From the NCBI GenBank assembly GCA_963663385.2, contig CAXXXD010000001.1:128001-192000 (forward strand): a DNA stretch of 64,000 nucleotides, in the 5' to 3' direction. The stretch comes from Oceanispirochaeta sp. GTDB taxonomy: Bacteria > Spirochaetota > Spirochaetia > DSM-2461. Below, piece after piece: positions 49,383 to 57,519 of the stretch. The position numbers and the translations under genes are program-made. Every line of letters begins with the position of its first letter. Position 1 is the stretch's first letter. A model generated the notes under the pieces. That model had not been told where the DNA came from, did not search any database, and saw only the letters and a program-made list of their open reading frames with translations.

Positions 49383-49862
49383 CTGGCTGTTGATATTGAA
49401 GATTTATATACGAAATACGGCCCGATGGTACTCAGGAGATGCAGACAACTCCTGAAGGATGAGGAGCGGTCTCTGGATGCCATGCAGGATGTATTTGTGA
49501 AGGTTCTGGATAAAAAACACAGTATAACCGCGGCCTACCCGTCCAGCCTTCTCTACACTATTGCGACTAACCACTGCCTGAATGTGATCAGGAAAGAGAA
49601 GAGGATAAACTCTGACAATGAAATTCTGGACAGAATAGTCAGTACGGAAGTTCTGGAAGACCAGGCTGTAAACCGCCTGTTTCTTGATCAGCTCTTCAGC
49701 GAACAGAAACCTTCCACCAGAACTATTGCGGTCCTTCACTATATGGACGGCCTGACCCTGGAAGAGACCGCTGAAATGAGCGGAATGTCCGTATCAGGGG
49801 TCAGAAGAAGACTGCGGAAGCTCCGGGAAGCCGGACTCTGCCTTGAAGGGAGTGCCCTATGA
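49383..49862 (+). CDS. ECF RNA polymerase sigma factor
   Basis: Region 2 LYTKYGPMVLRRC..DAMQDVFV..LYTIATNHCLN; region 4 DGLTLEETAEMSGMSVSGVRRRL. The frame extends upstream of ATG 49425 to a CTG at 49383 behind GGAGG. Confidence 0.9.
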   Translation: MAVDIEDLYTKYGPMVLRRCRQLLKDEERSLDAMQDVFVKVLDKKHSITAAYPSSLLYTIATNHCLNVIRKEKRINSDNEILDRIVSTEVLEDQAVNRLFLDQLFSEQKPSTRTIAVLHYMDGLTLEETAEMSGMSVSGVRRRLRKLREAGLCLEGSAL

Positions 49863-50671
49863 AAAAAAATAATACCATAAAAGCAGAACTATACCATCTG
49901 GGAGAACTGCCGCCCGCCTGGGAGAAAGATCTGGAACTGGAATCCCTGCAGGCAGATCTTGAAAAGCTGGACGATTCTGACAGGGCCATACTGGAAAAAT
50001 ACAAACCGGCGGATATGGCCCGACAGATCCGGAACAGGATGGAAAGCAATCCCCGAAAAGAGAGTCATGAAATTCCCTTCAGGAAACCAGCCGCCAGAAG
50101 CAGAATGACGATACTTATACCGGCGGCAGCCATGATCCTGTTCGGACTCCTCCTGCCGACCATGATTCTAAGAAACAACAGTGTGGGAGAGGGTCAGGAA
50201 ATCACAAGGGTAAAAGGAGTGGAGGATCCTCAGCTGAAAGTCTACAGAAAGCTTGAAACGGAATCGGAAAAGCTGACAGAAAACAGCGTTGCTTCCGAGT
50301 CGGATCTGATTCAATTGGGATACAGAGTCAGCAGCAGGCTTTACGGCATCATCATATCCATTGACGGAAAAGGTGTTGTTACCCGTCACTTTCCGGAAGA
50401 GGAGAATACGGCTGTACTGCTGAAGACAGGGGGAGAACAGCTGTTGCCCTTCTCCTACGAACTGGATGATGCACCCGGTTTTGAAACATTTTATCTGATA
50501 ACCTCGGAAGAACCCTTTTCTGCAGAGAGAATAGTCGATACTGTAGCAGGGGCTGCCCGGAGAAACGAAATACTCCTGAATATCCCCGAAATTCTTGAGA
50601 AGAATAATAGTACTGAAGAACTCGGCAGTAAAATTCTGCAAACGGCAGTACCTGTTAAAAAAGAGGATTAA
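49859..50671 (+). CDS. Putative single-pass anti-sigma factor with extracytoplasmic DUF4384-like domain
   Basis: ATGA overlap with the sigma gene; N-terminal ELYHLGELP; one TM (ILIPAAAMILFGLLL); TRVKG, DLIQLGY..ISIDGKGVVTRHFP..LPFSYELDDAPGFETF. Confidence 0.65.
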   Translation: MKKNNTIKAELYHLGELPPAWEKDLELESLQADLEKLDDSDRAILEKYKPADMARQIRNRMESNPRKESHEIPFRKPAARSRMTILIPAAAMILFGLLLPTMILRNNSVGEGQEITRVKGVEDPQLKVYRKLETESEKLTENSVASESDLIQLGYRVSSRLYGIIISIDGKGVVTRHFPEEENTAVLLKTGGEQLLPFSYELDDAPGFETFYLITSEEPFSAERIVDTVAGAARRNEILLNIPEILEKNNSTEELGSKILQTAVPVKKED

Positions 50672-50675
50672 AACT

Positions 50676-52814
50676 GTGAAAAAAGGAATCATTCTTCTGA
50701 TACTTCTATCCGCGGCCCTGAGCACTGTTAGTGCGGATGTTATGGAAGTTCGGCGGTTCGGCCTGTTTATTGGAGCAAATAACGGAGGAGATACCCGGCA
50801 GAAGCTGCTTTACGCGGGCGATGATGCCACAGCTATGTCCAACACAATGCGGGATATTGGTGGTATTGATCCTCCCGATAACATACTCCTTATTGATCCT
50901 GATTCAAATGAAATCCTTGAAAAGCTGCGGGAGATGAGCCGGGAAATAAACCGTGTAGAGACCCTGGTCCGGAGAACAGAGGTAATGTTTTACTACTCGG
51001 GGCATTCCGATGAAAACGGGATTCTCCTGTCTGACAATCAGATCCGGTACAAAACCATTCGGGATATGCTGGAAGCAAGCGGAGCAGATGTGGTAATTGC
51101 TGTTCTGGACTCCTGCTCATCCGGAGCCTTTACCAGAACCAAGGGCGGTCAGAGGCGATCCCCTTTTCTTATTGATGAATCCTCGACTATGGAGGGGCAT
51201 GCCTTTCTGACATCCAGCTCGGAAACGGAACTATCCCAGGAGTCGGACCGGATTGGCGCATCATTCTTTACCCATTACCTGATTACAGGGTTGAGGGGCG
51301 CCGCAGACAACACAAGGGATGGACGGGTTACACTGAATGAAGTGTATCAGCATACCTACCAGGAGACTCTTTCCAAAACAGAATCCACCATCGGCGGTCC
51401 CCAGCACCCGGCCTACGAAATCCAGCTGACCGGAACGGGAGACCTTGTTCTGACAGATTTGACTGTCCCCACATCCGCTCTTCAACTCTCGGGAGAACTG
51501 GCCGGACGATTCTCTGTCCGGAACAGACAGGATCGCCTTGTAGCTGAATTTACAAAACCCGAAGGAGATACACTTAAACTGGCCCTTCCCTCCGGCGCCT
51601 ATACAATCCGTCTGGATGACGACCTGGAAACCTATGGGAATTCGGATGATGTCAAAACAGCACGGATAGAATTGAGCCGTAATGCCCAGCTTTACCTGAC
51701 AAAAAGGGACTTCAGTTCCAACGGTCTGGAGTTTACCCGCTTCCGCGGTAATCTGAAACAGGGAGACAAAGATGAAAAATATGTTTTCGCCCTTTTACCG
51801 GGATTAAACTACCCGTCCCTCAATGCAGATGATCTGGTCCGGATTCAGGCGGGGCTGCTGGGTTCCATTGCTCCACAGCTATCGGGGATTCAGGCCTCCT
51901 GGATTTTTAATATAACGGGACAGGAAAGCGAAGGAATACAGGCCAGTGAAATATTCAATCTGGCAGAGGATGATTTTCAGGGCATACAGGCATCGGGAGT
52001 TTTCAATATAACGGAAGGTCAGATGGAGGGGCTCCAGGCTTCCGGAGTTTTCAATATATCAGACAGCAGTATGTCGGGGATTCAATCATCCGGGGTATTC
52101 AATATTGCGGGAGACTATTTCTCCGGCGTCCAGACAGCCGGGCTCTTCAATATCGTGGACAGACCGGCCACAGGGATACAGGCGGCCGGGTTATTCAATA
52201 TCGCAGGAGAATTGAAAGGGATTCAGGCAGCCAGCCTGTTCAACTATGGATCCTATATGCACGGATTACAGGCGTCACTGCTGAATGTCACAGGAACCAT
52301 GCGGGGGCTGCAGATAGGCTTGCTGAATATAAACCGGGAAGTATACGGACTGCCGATAGGATTTGTCAGCTTGTCCCGGAATGGGATTGTGGATACAGGC
52401 GTATGGTATGAGTACGAAGACGATCACAGGGTCTATACCTCCTTTCAGTCGGGAACCAATTATTTCTATACACTTTACTATTTCGGAAACAAACAAAAGG
52501 ACTATCTGGAAAGTCAGGAAGATATGGTCTGGGGATTCCACCTGGGGAGCCGGATCAGCTTCGGCCCTTTTGATATAGACCTGGACGGCGGAGCCAAACA
52601 GTGTTACAAGGATCTGAGTGAGGATCATAATTTTTCAGTCCCCTCGGCGAGGGTTATTATTGCTTTAAAAGGTTTTGGTCTTTTCTGGGGAGTGACTATG
52701 GATATTCAGTATCCCGGAGCAACATCCGCCCTCTACACGGGAGAAAAATTCAGTTTTCTGGGAAACAGGGATTACCCGGCTTACTACCGATATGTATTCG
52801 GCTTCAGGATTTAG
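50676..52814 (+). CDS. Exported caspase-family (peptidase C14) protein with C-terminal 16-aa surface repeats
   Basis: GTG start after GAGGA; signal peptide; FYYSGHSD (His) and VLDSCSSG (Cys) dyad; SQESD..SFFTHYLITGLRGAAD..DGRVTLNEVY; GIQxSGVFNI repeats. Confidence 0.88.
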   Translation: MKKGIILLILLSAALSTVSADVMEVRRFGLFIGANNGGDTRQKLLYAGDDATAMSNTMRDIGGIDPPDNILLIDPDSNEILEKLREMSREINRVETLVRRTEVMFYYSGHSDENGILLSDNQIRYKTIRDMLEASGADVVIAVLDSCSSGAFTRTKGGQRRSPFLIDESSTMEGHAFLTSSSETELSQESDRIGASFFTHYLITGLRGAADNTRDGRVTLNEVYQHTYQETLSKTESTIGGPQHPAYEIQLTGTGDLVLTDLTVPTSALQLSGELAGRFSVRNRQDRLVAEFTKPEGDTLKLALPSGAYTIRLDDDLETYGNSDDVKTARIELSRNAQLYLTKRDFSSNGLEFTRFRGNLKQGDKDEKYVFALLPGLNYPSLNADDLVRIQAGLLGSIAPQLSGIQASWIFNITGQESEGIQASEIFNLAEDDFQGIQASGVFNITEGQMEGLQASGVFNISDSSMSGIQSSGVFNIAGDYFSGVQTAGLFNIVDRPATGIQAAGLFNIAGELKGIQAASLFNYGSYMHGLQASLLNVTGTMRGLQIGLLNINREVYGLPIGFVSLSRNGIVDTGVWYEYEDDHRVYTSFQSGTNYFYTLYYFGNKQKDYLESQEDMVWGFHLGSRISFGPFDIDLDGGAKQCYKDLSEDHNFSVPSARVIIALKGFGLFWGVTMDIQYPGATSALYTGEKFSFLGNRDYPAYYRYVFGFRI
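51880..52370 (+). repeat. Intragenic tandem repeats (about 48 nt / 16 aa, shortening towards the end), LA_2272-like
   Basis: About 11 units: GIQASWIFNI, GIQASEIFNL, GIQASGVFNI, GLQASGVFNI, GIQSSGVFNI, GVQTAGLFNI, GIQAAGLFNI and others. Confidence 0.85.
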
Positions 52815-52955
52815 TCCTTCGACTACGCTCAGGACACTGAAGAAGTAATATTTAATTTCTTTTCTCCGGACCCTTCTCAGGAGGAGTATTATTTCCAGTT
52901 ACATCTCCCCTGAGGAGTGCCTGGAAATGAACATTTCAGAACAATCACAATAATA

Positions 52956-54776
52956 CTAATCAACAAGGGGAAACGCCATTTTCACAATACACCCCATTTT
53001 ATCTTTTCTGTTATTTATTGAAATTGTCCCCTGATACTTTTTGATAATCCCGTAAACAAGGGACAGACCTAATCCGGTATTTATGCCATTATAGGATTTT
53101 GTTGAGTAGAATGGGGTAAAATAGTCTTTACTGATGTCTATACCCGCTCCAGTATCTTCTATCTGTATTTCCAGAAAGTTCTCATTATTCACAGATATTC
53201 TCTCAATTGTAATGTCAATATCGCCATCTTTCTGAATTGACTCGAAACTGTTCTTGATTATATTCAGCAAAGCCTGCTTGAATTCGTTTTCATTAATATA
53301 AACGACATTGTTCTTATTAAGCTCAGTCAGATTGATGCTGATATTCTTCAGTTTCGCATTAACCCTCAGCAGATCTATCATTTCCTTTACCAGATCATTG
53401 ATGCTGGCATTTTCCGGAGCGACCTTTTCCAGATTGGAAAAATTCTGGAGATTACTTACTATTTTATTAATATATCTAACCTGCTTTGATAATTGATCAA
53501 CAATTTTTATGAGATCAGGTTCATTGTATCTGAATCTGATGTTTGTAAGGTAATTACTGATTATCTCAAGGGGATTATTTATCTCGTGAGCAACCCCGGC
53601 AGAGAGCAGGCCGACAGACGACAATTTCTCCGATAGATGATTGTTCTGCTGCAGGGAATCGTATTCTGTAATATCATAAAATATCAGCATTGATCCGATC
53701 TTGTTATTACCGTCATAAATCGGAGAGTAGTGTACGTTGTAAATGCCTTTCGTATCATTGATATTCAGTGATAAATGATAAATTGTATTTTCATCGTTTT
53801 CTGACAGCTGATCCAGTATTATGTTTTTTGTAGTAATAATTGTTTTGTCAAAGATACACTCTCCCGGTTTCTCAATGTAATCGCCTATATCGATATGAAA
53901 ACTATCAATGAAATATTTGTTAGCGAGCTTCAATATTCCATTATTGTTAAGAATGATTAAATTAACCGGAAGATTTTCGAGTATGGCTTCATTGTATTTT
54001 ATCAAATGATAGAAAGAGTCAGAGGAAGTCTGAATCACAGGCGTTTCCGATAACTGGGTATAAGCCATTCTGATTATCTGCATTCTGCCGATGCTTTGAA
54101 CTGACTCCGTAAGGATATTCGTCCCATATCGTATTATTGATACTCTATCAGATATATCGAATGCCCAGTCGATTTTATGAGTCATGAGAATGATACAGCA
54201 ACCGCCATCTCTTAATTTCCTTAGAATGCTTTTCAACTTGGAATAATACTCAACGGACAACTTATCCAGAGATTCATCCAGAATCAGGACCCTTGGATTA
54301 TTTTTAATTTTTGCCAGTATGGAAACAAGGGCCCGCTCGGATAAAGTCAGGTTTTTAGTCACTTTATCAACATCAAGATCGAAACCGAACCCCTTCAGAT
54401 ATGTATCTGCTGTTTCATGGAGTCTTCTTTTCAGGGAAAGAGAAAAAAACGGTGACGTGTTATCACAGAAAAAGAGATTTTCCGCAACCGTAAAATATGG
54501 ATTCAGCATTAATTGCTGATGAACAAATTGAATACCGGTCTGTTGTGCAACTTTCGTCTTAATAAAGCTATAATCCGTATTATCAACTGAGACGGTACCG
54601 GATTCCGGTCTTACCAATCCGCACAGAATCAGGCCGATACTGGATTTCCCGGCACCGTGTTCCCCGATCAGAGCATGTATGCTGCTGCTTGTAAAACTGA
54701 TATTTATATCATTTAGAGCTCTGACTTTATTAAAATTAAGCCGTACGTTTTTTATATCGACAATTTTATCAGACAT
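52956..54776 (-). CDS. Second ABC ATPase - PAS - HisKA - HATPase fusion histidine kinase, with no TM segment
   Basis: GEHGAGKSS, VHQQ, LILDES, MTHK; PAS-like segment (LKLANKYF..FYDITE); GVAHEINNPL, NIIKNS, DTGAG, PFYSTK and TGLGLS. Confidence 0.9.
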   Translation of the reverse strand: MSDKIVDIKNVRLNFNKVRALNDINISFTSSSIHALIGEHGAGKSSIGLILCGLVRPESGTVSVDNTDYSFIKTKVAQQTGIQFVHQQLMLNPYFTVAENLFFCDNTSPFFSLSLKRRLHETADTYLKGFGFDLDVDKVTKNLTLSERALVSILAKIKNNPRVLILDESLDKLSVEYYSKLKSILRKLRDGGCCIILMTHKIDWAFDISDRVSIIRYGTNILTESVQSIGRMQIIRMAYTQLSETPVIQTSSDSFYHLIKYNEAILENLPVNLIILNNNGILKLANKYFIDSFHIDIGDYIEKPGECIFDKTIITTKNIILDQLSENDENTIYHLSLNINDTKGIYNVHYSPIYDGNNKIGSMLIFYDITEYDSLQQNNHLSEKLSSVGLLSAGVAHEINNPLEIISNYLTNIRFRYNEPDLIKIVDQLSKQVRYINKIVSNLQNFSNLEKVAPENASINDLVKEMIDLLRVNAKLKNISINLTELNKNNVVYINENEFKQALLNIIKNSFESIQKDGDIDITIERISVNNENFLEIQIEDTGAGIDISKDYFTPFYSTKSYNGINTGLGLSLVYGIIKKYQGTISINNRKDKMGCIVKMAFPLVD

Positions 54777-54777
54777 C

Positions 54778-56130
54778 CTACAATATTCCGTATTTTTTCA
54801 ATTTGAGATAAAGAGTATTACGGCTCATCTGTAAATATTTGGCTGTTTCCGATTTGTTATTACCGGTTTTCAATAAAACTTTCCTGATCAGTTCTTTTTC
54901 TCTCTGCTGAACAATACTCAATGAATCATTATCATTTGATCCGCTTATTTCAAAACTCGGGGGCAGATCCTCCATTCTGATTTCATTGTTCTGGGAAATC
55001 GTTGCCGCATATAAAAGAGCATTCTTAAGCTCGCGTATGTTACCAGGCCAGTGATAGTTCATAAATACATGTTTGACCTGATCAGATAGAGATTTCCTGG
55101 GGTTTTTTGCATTGACGCTTATTTCATTTAGCAGAACATCTGTCAGTGCATCGAAATCTTCCCTGCGATTCCTTAAGGGCGGGATTTTCAGCAGACCGCC
55201 GTTCAACCGGTAAAACAGATCTTCCCGGAAAGAGCCTTCCTCAACCATATCCGACAGGTTTTTATTGGTAGATGCTATAAATCTGACATCAATTTTTCTG
55301 ACTTCCTTTCCGCCGATTCGTCTCACTTCCTGATTTTGAATCACTCTCAGGATCTTGGCCTGAAGAGTTGTGGGCATATCTCCAATCTCATCCAGAAGCA
55401 GCGTGCCATTGTTCGCCTGTTCAAACACACCGAGATACTCGGAGGAAGCCCCTGTATAGGCGCCTTTTTCATGCCCGAATAATTCATTGTCCAGAAGACT
55501 CTCCGGAAAGGCTGCACAATTAATTTTTATAAAATTTTCGGAAACCCTATTCGAATTCCTGTAAATGTAATCCGCCAGCAATTCTTTGCCGGTTCCATTT
55601 TCACCTATGATCAGGATTGAGATGTCTGATTCTGCCAGTTTTCTGGCCCGATTTAATAGACTGCTGAACTCTGCATTTTCGCTGCTTAATATATTGCATT
55701 CTTTTTTCAGCCTGTCTTTTAGTTTTTCATTTTCTTTTTTAACTCTTAAATTTTCAGTTGCCGTATCGATTCTTGTACACAGGGTATTGAAATCTATGGG
55801 TTTTTTTACAAAATCGAAAGCTCCCAGCTTCATTGCATTGACTGCCGCTTCAATCGTTGCATACCCGGTTATCATAATCACGGGAATAGGGGGATATTCC
55901 TTTTTTATTTTTTCAAGAGTTTCGACTCCGTTCTCGTTCCCTAATCGTACATCAAGCAAAATAATATTAATATCTTCTTTTTTCAGGACAGAAAAAGCAT
56001 CTTTTGTATTTTTGGCATAAAACAGATAATGCCCGACAAAAGAAAAGTTATCTTTCAGTACCTTATATAACTGTTGATTGTCATCTATGAATAAAATATC
56101 CAAATTCAAGTCTCCTGTAAGCCAAAGCAC
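54778..56130 (-). CDS. NtrC-family sigma54-dependent response regulator (true start uncertain, probably TTG near 56103-56109)
   Basis: FIDDN, LLDVRL, VKKP; GENGTGKE, GAYTGA, LLDEIGDM, FREDLFYRL, WPGNIRELKN; MSRNTLYLKLKKY. Confidence 0.95.
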   Translation of the reverse strand: MLWLTGDLNLDILFIDDNQQLYKVLKDNFSFVGHYLFYAKNTKDAFSVLKKEDINIILLDVRLGNENGVETLEKIKKEYPPIPVIMITGYATIEAAVNAMKLGAFDFVKKPIDFNTLCTRIDTATENLRVKKENEKLKDRLKKECNILSSENAEFSSLLNRARKLAESDISILIIGENGTGKELLADYIYRNSNRVSENFIKINCAAFPESLLDNELFGHEKGAYTGASSEYLGVFEQANNGTLLLDEIGDMPTTLQAKILRVIQNQEVRRIGGKEVRKIDVRFIASTNKNLSDMVEEGSFREDLFYRLNGGLLKIPPLRNRREDFDALTDVLLNEISVNAKNPRKSLSDQVKHVFMNYHWPGNIRELKNALLYAATISQNNEIRMEDLPPSFEISGSNDNDSLSIVQQREKELIRKVLLKTGNNKSETAKYLQMSRNTLYLKLKKYGIL

Positions 56131-56154
56131 AGTGTTATATGATTTAGTACAACC

Positions 56155-56182
56155 TGAACAGACACTGTCCTAATTTAGGACA
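56155..56182. promoter_or_regulatory. Putative upstream activator sequence
   Basis: Perfect palindrome TGTCCTAA-T-TTAGGACA (56166-56182) preceded by TGAACA, about 90-105 bp upstream of the -24 element. Confidence 0.65.
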
Positions 56183-56269
56183 ATGATAATACAACAATTA
56201 TAAACCCGCAACGATAAAAATCTGTTTAACTTACTGCTATATTAGCATTAATAAGAATCACCCTGATCC

Positions 56270-56285
56270 TGGTATGGTAATTGCA
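56270..56285 (+). promoter_or_regulatory. Sigma54 (-24/-12) promoter of the BMP-type ABC operon
   Basis: TGGTATGGTAATTGCA, i.e. GG-N10-GC, 43 nt upstream of ATG 56329. Confidence 0.8.
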
Positions 56286-56328
56286 TTGAATTATAACCAG
56301 AACGTATAATCATAACAAAGGAGAGAAA

Positions 56329-57342
56329 ATGAAAAAACTGTTATCCCTATTATTAATCAGCTGTCTGGGATTCGCTTCTGTTTTTGCCTCCGGGGCAAAT
56401 GATGCTCAGGCCGATTCCGGGGAAAAGAGTATCGGTGATCTGAAGATAGTACTGATTCTTCCGGGACCGATTAATGATCAGTCATGGAATGCGACAAACT
56501 ATGCCGGTCTTGTCGCATGTAATGAACAGCTTGGAACGAAAATGGAATATGTTGAGAATGTTCAGGCATCGGATTATGAATCGACATTCAGAAATTACAG
56601 CGAAAGAGGCTATAACCTGATTATGGCAGCGGGAACGCAATTTGATGATGCTGCCAATAAAGTAGCCGCTGACTATTCTGATACAACATTCTGCGTTGTT
56701 AATGGATTCAGAGCAGATTATCCCAATGTATCTCCTATTTTCCCCAAGGAATTCGAAGCGAGCTATATCGCCTCGTTAATTGCGGGAGAGGTGACAGAAA
56801 ACGGAAAGTTTGCCACTATCGGCGGTTTTCCGAATGAGGCGATGGAAAAGCTTCTGGATGTTTATGAAAAAGTTTCCGTCAGTATAGCAAAAGAAAGAGG
56901 GATCTCCGGTTCCAGTGCTAACAGATCGTATGCCAATAGCTGGGATGATATTGCCCTCGGAAAACAGATGGCTGAAACAATGATTGACAATGGTGCAGAT
57001 ACACTGTTTGTATACGCCAATCAGGTAGGGTTAGGAGCTATTCAGGCCGCAAAAGAGAAAGGCAAGAAATTTGTCGGATTTTCCAGTAATCAAAATGAAA
57101 TCGCCCCGGGAACAGTAGTTGCCTCGGTCATTTTTGATTTTCAGATTTTCTACACGTGGGCTGTCGAAAAATACTACAACGGAACTCTGACAGGCGGAAA
57201 AGTACATGAAGCCGGAATCAGGGAAGGGATCTTCAGACCCGTTTACCCGAGCGCATTTTCAGAGGATATAAAATCAAAAGTTGAAGCCGGTATGACAAAG
57301 GCAATCAACGGAGAAGTTGATTTCCAGTCAATGTTCAAGTAA
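56329..57342 (+). CDS. BMP/PnrA-family (nucleoside-type) ABC substrate-binding protein
   Basis: Signal ending VFASG; GPINDQSWN, GYNLI, SWDD..G..MIDNGAD and GLGAIQAA. Confidence 0.9.
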   Translation: MKKLLSLLLISCLGFASVFASGANDAQADSGEKSIGDLKIVLILPGPINDQSWNATNYAGLVACNEQLGTKMEYVENVQASDYESTFRNYSERGYNLIMAAGTQFDDAANKVAADYSDTTFCVVNGFRADYPNVSPIFPKEFEASYIASLIAGEVTENGKFATIGGFPNEAMEKLLDVYEKVSVSIAKERGISGSSANRSYANSWDDIALGKQMAETMIDNGADTLFVYANQVGLGAIQAAKEKGKKFVGFSSNQNEIAPGTVVASVIFDFQIFYTWAVEKYYNGTLTGGKVHEAGIREGIFRPVYPSAFSEDIKSKVEAGMTKAINGEVDFQSMFK

Positions 57343-57351
57343 TGGCAGATA

Positions 57352-57387
57352 ACACAATTCCCTGATATTGATCAGGGTATTGTGTCT
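57352..57387 (+). terminator. Long stem-loop after the BMP gene
   Basis: ACACAATtCCCTGAT-attg-ATCAGGGtATTGTGT followed by CTTTT. Confidence 0.65.
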
Positions 57388-57519
57388 TTTATCGGGTAGA
57401 CGCAAACCACAGGCAGCAGGATTACAAATAATTAATACATTTCATTCTATGTGGAAAAATCAGAGCATAAATTGAAGGATTTGCCGGAAATTATCAGTAA
57501 TTCCTCTAGGAACAGCATT

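Noticed and set aside
51880..52370. Periodic repeats that might be a CRISPR array
   Set aside because: They are degenerate, in-frame coding repeats inside the caspase ORF, with no invariant repeat/unique spacer pattern and no cas genes.
57395..57420. GACGCAAACC resembling a c-di-GMP-I riboswitch fragment
   Set aside because: The GGCAAA-P2 tetraloop architecture is absent and the position is intercistronic in an ABC operon.
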